IMG/VR virus record: IMGVR_UViG_3300044676_000300
Location: 1-36,803 of that record
Length of the DNA: 36,803 bases
Reading direction: 5' to 3' (one strand)
Origin: a virus
Lineage: Duplodnaviria > Caudoviricetes
Under the pieces are notes generated by a model that did no database searches, was not told the origin of the DNA, and was given only the letters and a program-made list of their open reading frames with translations. A program made the position numbers and the translations under genes. Numbering within the stretch: position 1 is the stretch's first letter; every line of letters begins with the position of its first letter. Below, piece after piece: positions 19,765 to 26,853 of the stretch.

Positions 19765-19793
19765 ACTTTAGCACACTAGGCAATCCCGCGCAA
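19765..19793 (-). promoter_or_regulatory. Putative internal late promoter after terL
   Basis: TTGCGC-N17-TAAAGT with extended -10 TG. Confidence 0.5.
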
Positions 19794-21056
19794 ATTCCTT
19801 CTGATGGGTGGCCCCCACTGCTGTGTCGGGCTGTATCCAACAGCTAAATATCGGAATGCATCTGCACCGTGTGATGTCCAATCGTGCAACGGTCTACCCC
19901 GCCATGCCTTGTTCTTTTCATCGAAGCCTCTGCGATATTGTCTAAGCGCCTCAATGCCGCGATGACACTTTTCCTCATCAAACCAGCATCTGGCAAGCAT
20001 AGATCGTGCTGCCTGTATACCATCATCTACAGCTAGTTTCGGCGCAATCTCAATGTTCCGTATGCCCAGCGCGTCAAGCGTTTCAAGTCGGCTCTTTCCC
20101 GTACCCAATTCTTTGACCTGAACATCGTGCGGCAGAATGTGTTGTTCGTAGTGGTATGGTTTCTCCGACAGAACTTTTGCATAATGATCTAAGCCAACCC
20201 CGCTGTTTTCGTAGTAGTCAATGATCCGTGTTTCACCGCTTGATAAGTGCTGCGACCACCATATTGCGGTGCTATCTCCAATTCCTAAGTCCCATGATGT
20301 CACAACGCCCAGCGCGGGATCGTATGGCACCATCGTAATACGACCACTATCCGTGGCCTCTTTCATCTCATTACCGTAATACGCGCCCTGTATCGCAGCC
20401 TCAAAGCTGCACTCAAATTCTTGATCGTATCGATCCTCACCCATCATTGCGCGGGCATCGCTTAGTTCGTCAGGGTCTAGCAGGTTTGTTTCCGATGCCT
20501 TGTACATCGCTGTAAACCATTCGTCATTACGCTTGGCTGCGTCCCACATTTCCCAGAACTCATTCTTGCCCTTGGGTGTGCCAATGATTGTAATCTTGCC
20601 CTTCCTATCGACTGTAGCTGGTCTGATAACGTTTGGATACGCTGATGCGGGGAAGTCAGCAAATTCATCAATGCACACGTAGTCGAAGTACAATCCACGC
20701 ATAGCGTTGAAGTTATCACCACCGAATAAGCGAAACCGTGAGCCATTGTCAAAGTCCACACGCAGTTCGCTATGGTTAACTTTTACGTTGGGAATGTCTG
20801 AGGTGTATTGCAGCACGTAATCCCACGCTACAGCTTTTGCTTGGGAAAGGTACGGGGCAATGTAAGCCACCCGCACATTGTCTAGTGGACATTCAAAGCA
20901 GTATTTTATCAGATCGTTAATAACGGCTACGGTCTTACCAAAACGCCTGTGAGCTACGATAATAGCAAAGCGTTCCTTCCTGTTGTGGAAGTCCATTGCG
21001 ATCTTGCGCGGGCTGTATGCGGTCTGTCTGACCTCTACTAATGCGGGGGTTGCCAT
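19776..21056 (-). CDS. terL: Terminase large subunit (426 aa)
   Basis: Walker A AHRRFGKT, Walker B YVCIDE, coupling motif IGTPKG, nuclease motifs WDLG and HGADA. Confidence 0.96.
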   Translation of the reverse strand: MATPALVEVRQTAYSPRKIAMDFHNRKERFAIIVAHRRFGKTVAVINDLIKYCFECPLDNVRVAYIAPYLSQAKAVAWDYVLQYTSDIPNVKVNHSELRVDFDNGSRFRLFGGDNFNAMRGLYFDYVCIDEFADFPASAYPNVIRPATVDRKGKITIIGTPKGKNEFWEMWDAAKRNDEWFTAMYKASETNLLDPDELSDARAMMGEDRYDQEFECSFEAAIQGAYYGNEMKEATDSGRITMVPYDPALGVVTSWDLGIGDSTAIWWSQHLSSGETRIIDYYENSGVGLDHYAKVLSEKPYHYEQHILPHDVQVKELGTGKSRLETLDALGIRNIEIAPKLAVDDGIQAARSMLARCWFDEEKCHRGIEALRQYRRGFDEKNKAWRGRPLHDWTSHGADAFRYLAVGYSPTQQWGPPIRRNLRGIA

Positions 21057-21397
21057 TCTACCCTCACCACATGATCGATCTCACCATCAATGTCTGCTTT
21101 GACCTGTAGAGGTAATACCTTGCCCATGAGGCTCATGAATGCTGTTGGTTGTGCTTCTGCCATGATTTGCAGGTAAGCTGTCATGCCATCTTTTCTGGCT
21201 TGTTCCACGAAACGCTGGTCAGCTTCTTCTTTGCTTTGACCATATAGCTTTTCTACCATTGCCTGCCCTGATCTCTCAGCAGCAAGTAAAATGCTTTCTT
21301 TCATCAGCTTTGTTGTTTTGTTGGGTGTGCCTCTCTTACGGCCTGAACCCTCTACTTTAGAAGAATGTTCCTGTTTCGTACTCATAGTACCGTCCAT
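21038..21397 (-). CDS. terS: Terminase small subunit (alternative start 21385)
   Basis: GRKRGTPNKTT and FMSLMGKVLP motifs; overlaps the terL start. Confidence 0.8.
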   Translation of the reverse strand: MDGTMSTKQEHSSKVEGSGRKRGTPNKTTKLMKESILLAAERSGQAMVEKLYGQSKEEADQRFVEQARKDGMTAYLQIMAEAQPTAFMSLMGKVLPLQVKADIDGEIDHVVRVEWQPPH

Positions 21398-21441
21398 TGT
21401 GGGTGCGTCTATATGTTGTAGATAATAGCGTAGAAGATACT

Positions 21442-21492
21442 AAAAAAAAAGACCCCCTGATGCACATAGAGAAAGGAAGCGATCAGAGGGCC
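21442..21492 (-). terminator. Intrinsic terminator (3' hairpin of the sRNA) upstream of terS
   Basis: GGCCCTCTGAT/ATCAGGGGGTC 11-bp stem (two G-U pairs) followed by 9 T. Confidence 0.75.
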
Positions 21493-21538
21493 AGTTATAT
21501 GAGGCAGACATAACAGGGAGGGTTTCATGTCGCCCTGT
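21442..21538 (-). ncRNA. Putative ~95-nt two-hairpin small RNA with anti-Shine-Dalgarno loops
   Basis: Extended -10 TGgTATTGT at 21543-21551; hairpin 21502-21536 with loop AACCCUCCCUG; hairpin 21451-21492 with loop containing UUCCUUUCUCU, followed by U9. Confidence 0.7.
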
Positions 21539-21561
21539 CATGACAATACCATAATTTATCA

Positions 21562-22056
21562 TTATTCTCTATGGGTCAAGGGTCTGTGTGCGTCGATATA
21601 TACCAAGTATGGCGCAAGTTCGTCTTCAGTCACCAAACCCTCCCGAACCATACGCTCTGCCAGCTTTCCTTGGATGTACATCTGACCTACTGGCTCACCT
21701 GCTTTGATCCGCTTTGCATTGATCTCTAAGCTATCTGGCTTCCACGTAGCGTTACCGCTTGGCAGTGACGACTTGGATGTACTCATAGACTTGGATACCG
21801 CTGCGCTAATATCTGCCGCTGTGGGCCATGTACGGGACTTGTGCGCTTCTTTGAGTTTTAGCATTGCCCGATCCATTGTGCCACGAATGTGATCCTCTGT
21901 GGTATCGTTAGGGAACTTCTGATTTAGCATACGCACAATGTTACGCGCTTCGTCTTCTTGCTTTGCTTGTGTATTTAGGTGCTTGGGCGTTGCATATCCC
22001 TGCATCATCTTAATTAGTTCGCTTAGAATAACTCTTGTTCTTTCTTCGTAAGTCAT
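21562..22056 (-). CDS. Replication-associated protein, putative helicase loader (164 aa)
   Basis: ATGA-coupled behind the initiator (lambda P position); RTWPTAADI resembles the xPTxAxI motif of loader-type proteins. Confidence 0.5.
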   Translation of the reverse strand: MTYEERTRVILSELIKMMQGYATPKHLNTQAKQEDEARNIVRMLNQKFPNDTTEDHIRGTMDRAMLKLKEAHKSRTWPTAADISAAVSKSMSTSKSSLPSGNATWKPDSLEINAKRIKAGEPVGQMYIQGKLAERMVREGLVTEDELAPYLVYIDAHRPLTHRE

Positions 22057-22706
22057 ACTTCTACCTCATCTTCCCAGCGTTCCCCGTTTAGCCATGTCGC
22101 TAAGTGCGGGATAAATTGTTTATCTTTACCTTCTAATGTTTGCACATAATCCATCAGCTTTGGAAGTAGATCATAAAAATCTTTCTTCTTCGAAGCTGCC
22201 TTGAATGCCTTACGTGCCTGACCCTTGCCAACCTTTCTAGGATACAAAGACCATAACTGATCAAAGTAATAATCTACTTCATCGTCAGATGATGATTTAT
22301 TGTTATTACTTCCAAGGTTATTTATTCCAAGGTTATTCATGCGCAGATTTTGCGTATACCCATGCGCAGATTTTTCGCATACCATGCGCAGATTTTGCGT
22401 ATCGGTGTCCGTCGAACTATTATGCTCAGTAGTTCCCAGTAATTCTAATACGTAACTATTAGAGGTTTTGCCCCCACGGTCACGAAATTGGTTGAAGCGT
22501 TTAATTAATCCTATCTGTTCTAAGACTGTTAAATGACCCTCAACTGATCTGCGCGACATTTCGCAGACGTTTGCAAGATGTTTGATGCTGGGGAAACATT
22601 GGCCTGTTTCTTGATTGTGGCAATCGGCTAACCAATACAACACAATCTTAGTCGCAGGTTTCAAACCTTGTTGCTTCATAGCTAAAGCTGTCATATAGTG
22701 GGACAT
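22053..22706 (-). CDS. Replication initiator / replisome organiser (lambda O-like; winged HTH) (217 aa)
   Basis: CFPSIKHLA..CEMSRRSV wHTH; FDQLWSLYPRKVGK and PHLATWLNGERWED C-terminal domain; internal iterons. Confidence 0.85.
   Translation of the reverse strand: MSHYMTALAMKQQGLKPATKIVLYWLADCHNQETGQCFPSIKHLANVCEMSRRSVEGHLTVLEQIGLIKRFNQFRDRGGKTSNSYVLELLGTTEHNSSTDTDTQNLRMVCEKSAHGYTQNLRMNNLGINNLGSNNNKSSSDDEVDYYFDQLWSLYPRKVGKGQARKAFKAASKKKDFYDLLPKLMDYVQTLEGKDKQFIPHLATWLNGERWEDEVEV
22310..22403. repeat. Iterons of the putative replication origin
   Basis: Three tandem CATGCGCAGATTTT(G/T)CG(T/C)AT units starting at 22338, 22361 and 22383, plus two TTCCAAGGTTATT at 22310 and 22325 next to an AT-rich tract. 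Confidence 0.85.
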
Positions 22707-22744
22707 GAGAATACTCCTTGCTATTGTTCTCTTATATCGCTCTT

Positions 22745-22772
22745 GACCCTCAGTTCACGCTGGGGGTCTTCT
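22745..22772. terminator. Hairpin between the cro-like gene and the initiator
   Basis: GACCCTCAG-TTCACG-CTGGGGGTC; weak U-tract; pairs better on the + strand. Confidence 0.4.
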
Positions 22773-22957
22773 CATTCTGCATCCATCAAATAGTCTGACA
22801 ATGCTTTCACAGTATCATAGCTAACATTGCCGACATTGTCACGAACACGATAGAATGTGTGGCGCGAAATGCCTGTAGCATCACATACCCGCGCGGGCTG
22901 TCGATCCTGAATTGCTTTTCGTACATACTCTAAGTTGTACATCATATGTGCGTTCAT
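22772..22957 (-). CDS. Cro-like HTH regulator (61 aa)
   Basis: Start reassigned to ATG 22957 (RBS GGAG); VCDATGISRHTFYRV HTH and TVKALSDYL terminal helix. Confidence 0.8.
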   Translation of the reverse strand: MNAHMMYNLEYVRKAIQDRQPARVCDATGISRHTFYRVRDNVGNVSYDTVKALSDYLMDAE

Positions 22958-22985
22958 TTTTTTCTCCGTTCGATAACATATAGGG

Positions 22986-23017
22986 TTGTATCTAGGATAC
23001 TTATCGATTATGTACAA
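22986..23017. promoter_or_regulatory. Overlapping divergent promoters with palindromic operator
   Basis: + strand TTGTAT-N17-TATGTA; - strand TTGTAC-N17-TAGATA; dyad GTATC-TAG-GATAC at 22988-23000. Confidence 0.5.
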
Positions 23018-23043
23018 GAGACAATTTGTAGTATGAGGTAAAA

Positions 23044-23259
23044 ATGTCAGAAAAAATAACACCAGCAATTGTTAATCTGTTTGTTGCTAGAATGATTGCA
23101 GCACACACAGAAGCAGCAATCAGAGTAGGCGCATCACAAAACTTGCAGTTTCCAATAAATGCAATCGATATGGTGGAACGCGCGGTAATAGATGCGTTTG
23201 ATGAGTTTGAGAAACACGGCATATGGGCTGGGCTAGTAGAGGACAAAACAGATGGCTAA
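23044..23259 (+). CDS. Hypothetical protein (71 aa)
   Basis: RBS GAGG; first gene of the recombination operon; overlaps the next start. Confidence 0.7.
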   Translation: MSEKITPAIVNLFVARMIAAHTEAAIRVGASQNLQFPINAIDMVERAVIDAFDEFEKHGIWAGLVEDKTDG

Positions 23260-23836
23260 AATACCAGAGAAATTACAAGCGATCATTCAGGAAGTTGGTT
23301 TGACAGAACGCCAAGCGACTTGGGATTGCCACGGAACACCTGTTGTATTGCACAAGGCATTAGAAAAGATTGCAGCCGCGAAGAACATTGTGTTTGATGC
23401 ACCACAGATCATCGAATGCTCTACTGAAAAGAAGTATGCAGTTCTGTGCGTCACAGGCCACATGGAAGGGGCCACAGAGTGGTCTATTGGAGAAGCTGCA
23501 CCCTACAACAATAAAAACAGTTACCCCTTTGCTATGGCAGAGAAGCGGGCCAAGGATCGCGTTATACTGAAGTTGGTAGGTTTGCATGGCGATGTATACA
23601 GCCAAGACGAAGCAGATGAATTTAATCTGACGCAGGCGTTACAAGAATTATCACCAGAGCTACGTGCCGCTGTGGAGAAGTGGCGCAAAGGTTTCAAATA
23701 TTGTGACAATCAAATCGCAATGGATGAAAGTATAGAGCAATGGCGTAGATGGCGTGACAAGTGGCTGGAGAACAGTGATGTCGCGCAGTACGTCGAAGAA
23801 ATGATTGATGCTAGAAAACTGGAGTTAGGATTATGA
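23252..23836 (+). CDS. Putative single-strand annealing recombinase (Rad52/Sak-like fold, 194 aa)
   Basis: GEA...YPFAMAEKRAKDRVILKLVG..VYSQDEAD motif; directly upstream of ssb. Confidence 0.6.
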   Translation: MAKIPEKLQAIIQEVGLTERQATWDCHGTPVVLHKALEKIAAAKNIVFDAPQIIECSTEKKYAVLCVTGHMEGATEWSIGEAAPYNNKNSYPFAMAEKRAKDRVILKLVGLHGDVYSQDEADEFNLTQALQELSPELRAAVEKWRKGFKYCDNQIAMDESIEQWRRWRDKWLENSDVAQYVEEMIDARKLELGL

Positions 23837-24207
23837 AAGCTATCACAATTGTCGGGACTATCGGTAGAGACTGTGAAGTTCGTGAGAACAAGGGCGGGGA
23901 GTTTGCAACCTTTTCTGTCGCGGTTAACAAAGGCTATAGCCGCGATGCAGGCACAGACTGGTTCCAAGTGAACTATTATAACACAAAATTAGCACCCTAC
24001 CTAACCAAAGGTAAAAAGGTAGTTGCATCAGGCAGCTTGGATATCGTGGATAAGGATGGCAGAACATTCTACAACATCCGCGCCAACCAAGTAGAGTTTG
24101 CTGGCGATCCCAAGCCACGGGAACAGGTGCAGCACACAGAACATTCGGCACCATCACCACAAATGCAGCCAGCAATGGCAGAGATGGACGATGAAATCCC
24201 GTTCTAA
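23833..24207 (+). CDS. ssb: Single-stranded DNA-binding protein (124 aa)
   Basis: ITIVGTIGRD, TDWF, YLTKGKKV OB-fold motifs; acidic tail MDDEIPF. Confidence 0.95.
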   Translation: MKAITIVGTIGRDCEVRENKGGEFATFSVAVNKGYSRDAGTDWFQVNYYNTKLAPYLTKGKKVVASGSLDIVDKDGRTFYNIRANQVEFAGDPKPREQVQHTEHSAPSPQMQPAMAEMDDEIPF

Positions 24208-24592
24208 GATACAGGTGTTAAAGGTAGAGGGGGCGCTGGTTCCCCTCACCGAACACGATGCAAATCAGTTAGAAGACACCGCAATCAACACAGTCTTTAA
24301 CATGACCAGTACACAAAAGCGATCTAACCCGCACCACAATATGTACTGGGCGGTATTGCAAAAGGTAGTCAAGGCGACAGGTAAGTGGCCCACAAAGGAT
24401 CACCTGCACGATGAATTGAAATGGGCATGTGGATACGTGCGGATGCGCTACAACAGTTTCACGGGGCAGCATATGCGCACTGTGGACAGTATTAGCTTTG
24501 ATGACATGAGCCAAAAAGAGTTTAACGACTACTTTGATATGGCGATGTCTACGTTAGCAGAAGGGATTGGTTATGACCCACTCTCCCAATAA
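24191..24592 (+). CDS. DUF1367/NinB-like recombination accessory protein (133 aa)
   Basis: KRSNPHHNMYW and SISFDDMSQKEF..YF motifs; start ATG 24191. Confidence 0.7.
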   Translation: MKSRSKIQVLKVEGALVPLTEHDANQLEDTAINTVFNMTSTQKRSNPHHNMYWAVLQKVVKATGKWPTKDHLHDELKWACGYVRMRYNSFTGQHMRTVDSISFDDMSQKEFNDYFDMAMSTLAEGIGYDPLSQ

Positions 24593-25130
24593 GGCACCAC
24601 TATATACAGATGAAAAAAACGAAGCTCACGAATTGGCTGTGCTTGCCTGCATTTCTATGACGAAACCAGAATGGAATTTCACAAGATCAATAGAAAAAAA
24701 AGCCAGCTTTGACGGGTTCATGCACAAACGGCATGAAAAAATAGGGGTTTGGTATGATGCTCCATTTCAAATGTACGAAATTAGACGTTTGAATTGCAGC
24801 CATGAAGAATATGAAACTGCAATGATCAGCTACACCAAAATCCAGCAATGGCAGACGTTTTATCCGATCACACAGATCAAATGTTACTTTGCAGTGAATT
24901 GGAATGATCGATTGGCTTATGCAGACATCGAAGACATAGCACAGTATCGGGACATCCGCGTAAGTCCATTCAGCAAAAACAGAAAAAACCCAGCGCATGA
25001 CAGAGAGATAGTTTTCCATTACCCTGTCAATAAGTTCATAACCATTACAGATGCTAACACAGCTAGAGAACTTCACAATGTCAAATCTCTTGAACAAGCC
25101 GCCCCTTGGGTTAAAGCCGCCAAAGGATAA
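24573..25130 (+). CDS. Putative PD-(D/E)xK-fold nuclease-like protein (185 aa)
   Basis: E...FD...YEIRR...YETAMISYTK...FAVNWND pattern; the canonical Lys position reads Arg. Confidence 0.5.
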   Translation: MTHSPNKAPLYTDEKNEAHELAVLACISMTKPEWNFTRSIEKKASFDGFMHKRHEKIGVWYDAPFQMYEIRRLNCSHEEYETAMISYTKIQQWQTFYPITQIKCYFAVNWNDRLAYADIEDIAQYRDIRVSPFSKNRKNPAHDREIVFHYPVNKFITITDANTARELHNVKSLEQAAPWVKAAKG

Positions 25131-25422
25131 AAAAGATGAAGCATACCTCAAAAAAATCAGAGAACAGCCGTGCTGCGTCTGCCGAAAGTTTGGAGAAATC
25201 CAACGATCCCCGACCACTGCGCATCACGTTATCCATGATAGAGCGGGATTTAGACGATCTAACGACAGACTTGCAATCCCTCTATGCGAAGATCACCACC
25301 AAGGCTTGTGGGGTACTGACAAAAGCAAAATCGCTATTCACCAGCAACCGCTGAAGTGGCGTGAAAAATACGGCCCTGATTGGTCTTATTCGTCGGGATC
25401 AGTCCACGACACTGACACGTAA
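25078..25422 (+). CDS. Ref/DUF968-like Zn-binding HNH-type nuclease (114 aa)
   Basis: YLKKIREQPCCVC...AHHV...D..AIPLCEDHH...IH pattern. Confidence 0.75.
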   Translation: MSNLLNKPPLGLKPPKDKKDEAYLKKIREQPCCVCRKFGEIQRSPTTAHHVIHDRAGFRRSNDRLAIPLCEDHHQGLWGTDKSKIAIHQQPLKWREKYGPDWSYSSGSVHDTDT

Positions 25423-25823
25423 AGCACAGGCCCACGGTCTGGGTGGCAATAAGTTTTCTTGACCCGCAAACTAGTGACCTGTCGGTCATCCGCATAGATC
25501 GTGTTGTTTAGCCCGTCTGCGACGATTTTTGCGATGTTATCACAATCTGGGGTACTCATAGGACTGATGGCCCCGTACTCAGCTTCCAACCGTTTTTTCT
25601 TTGACCATGACTTTGGAATATCCATGAACGCGATAATGTCCAAGGCTACTGGCCTATCGGTCTGATCGATGCCGTGCTTTGCCATAGCTGCCCACGCAGC
25701 CGCGTGAATACGCCGCTCATACTCTTTTGTTTTCTGTGGGGTGTAGGTATGGCCCGCCTTTGTAAAGCGCGGTCTACCCTTGCCTATTGGCTGTCCTGTT
25801 ATTTCTAGTTCTATCTTATACAT
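25386..25823 (-). CDS. rusA: RusA-family Holliday junction resolvase (145 aa)
   Basis: GKGRPRF, YTPQKT, PDCDNIAK..ADGLN...DDRQV catalytic motif. Confidence 0.92.
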   Translation of the reverse strand: MYKIELEITGQPIGKGRPRFTKAGHTYTPQKTKEYERRIHAAAWAAMAKHGIDQTDRPVALDIIAFMDIPKSWSKKKRLEAEYGAISPMSTPDCDNIAKIVADGLNNTIYADDRQVTSLRVKKTYCHPDRGPVLYVSVSWTDPDE

Positions 25824-25890
25824 GCCCGATCCTCTGTGTAGGAACTGCTGTCAGTTATTACCTTTACTTAACTTTTTTGCAAATACCCCC

Positions 25891-25919
25891 TTGCATTGTA
25901 TCACACATGATACTATTAT
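25891..25919 (+). promoter_or_regulatory. Early sigma70-type promoter P1 with spacer operator
   Basis: TTGCAT-N17-TATTAT; perfect dyad GTATCA-N4-TGATAC at 25898-25913; AT-rich upstream region. Confidence 0.75.
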
Positions 25920-25951
25920 AATTGTATAAGCTACAGAGAAAGGGGCTTTTT

Positions 25952-26662
25952 ATGAAAAACGTAATTCCAAATCCAGTTAACAACGGCACAGCCAAAGCAC
26001 ACCGCAACCGCTACTGCGGCCCAGCAGTCATCAGTTCACTAACTGGCATGACTACTGCCGAAGCTGCCCGCCTATTGCGTCACGTATCAGGCAAGCGTTC
26101 TATCACTGGCGTTGCTACCCGTCACCTTTTGCAAGCGTTGAAGATGTGCGGCATTCACATCACCAACAAAACCTTTGACCTGTCAGACAACCCAACACTC
26201 ATCCGCTTTATCGAAAGCGACGACAGATCACCTTGCGTCACACACCTGATCGTTGCTGGAAATCACTTCCAGCTAGTGCGCGACAACAACTTCGTCTGCG
26301 GTAAAACCAAAGACTTGGTGTCATTCAAAGACAGCCGCGTCAAACGCCGCGCCCGCGTTAAACAGGTGTTCGAACTTGTGACCGATGGCATCGTGATCCC
26401 TGACGAAGCCCGCAAGCCTGTGCGCACCGTGCAGAACAACGAAACACGCATCAAGTGCCACAAACTAGCCAAGCAGCTAGGCATGACCATTGACGTGACT
26501 TACAACGTCTACGGCTGGAACTACTGCATCTGCGCCGAAGAAGACTACACTGCAATGGGTGTGATCGATGGCTGTAACTGCGACGATTGGGATGAGGTGT
26601 ATGCCAAGCTCCAGCAGATCGAAGAATATGAGATCATGCAATTGGTCAGTTCACTAGCGTGA
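25952..26662 (+). CDS. Early protein with papain-like (C39-type) Cys/His peptidase motifs (236 aa)
   Basis: NRYCGPAVISSL helix and LIVAGNHFQLV strand; ATG 25952 behind RBS AGAGAAAGGGG. Confidence 0.55.
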   Translation: MKNVIPNPVNNGTAKAHRNRYCGPAVISSLTGMTTAEAARLLRHVSGKRSITGVATRHLLQALKMCGIHITNKTFDLSDNPTLIRFIESDDRSPCVTHLIVAGNHFQLVRDNNFVCGKTKDLVSFKDSRVKRRARVKQVFELVTDGIVIPDEARKPVRTVQNNETRIKCHKLAKQLGMTIDVTYNVYGWNYCICAEEDYTAMGVIDGCNCDDWDEVYAKLQQIEEYEIMQLVSSLA

Positions 26663-26757
26663 TGTGGGGGTCTAACCTGCGTGAGTTCATTCAGGCCATG
26701 TTTGATTACGACATGGTCTGGATGCCAGAAAATCCCGACGACGAACCCCCATTTTAA
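26662..26757 (+). CDS. 31-aa microprotein ending in SSB-tail-like DDEPPF
   Basis: MWGSNLREFIQAMFDYDMVWMPENPDDEPPF; TGATG overlap with the upstream gene; not in the ORF track. Confidence 0.65.
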   Translation: MWGSNLREFIQAMFDYDMVWMPENPDDEPPF

Positions 26758-26794
26758 AAAGTAAGAAAAAATCAAATTTAGTATCTTATAGCTA

Positions 26795-26825
26795 TTGCAA
26801 TGTCTCACGTATGCGACTATATAAT
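26795..26825 (+). promoter_or_regulatory. Early sigma70-type promoter P2 with spacer operator
   Basis: TTGCAA-N17-TATATAAT; dyad GTCTCA-N4-TGCGAC; 20/26 identical to P1. Confidence 0.75.
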
Positions 26826-26853
26826 AGTTATAGCAGAGAGAAAGGAACAAGCT

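Noticed and set aside
58-21056. Numerous plus-strand ORFs of 60-138 aa in the ORF track
   Set aside because: Antisense shadows of long, tightly coupled minus-strand genes, without RBS or motifs
21441-21450. A9 homopolymer as a phase-variation or slippage site
   Set aside because: Intergenic and explained as the terminator U-tract
22338-22403. Tandem repeats as a mini-CRISPR array
   Set aside because: No spacers between the units, inside a coding initiator gene, and no cas genes; they fit iterons
22958-23068. N-terminal extension of the 98-aa ORF (likewise track starts at 5834, 18565, 24098, 25922, 26800, 27577, 28435, 31336 and 32214)
   Set aside because: These upstream starts run through promoters or neighbouring genes; downstream ATGs have an RBS or stop-start coupling
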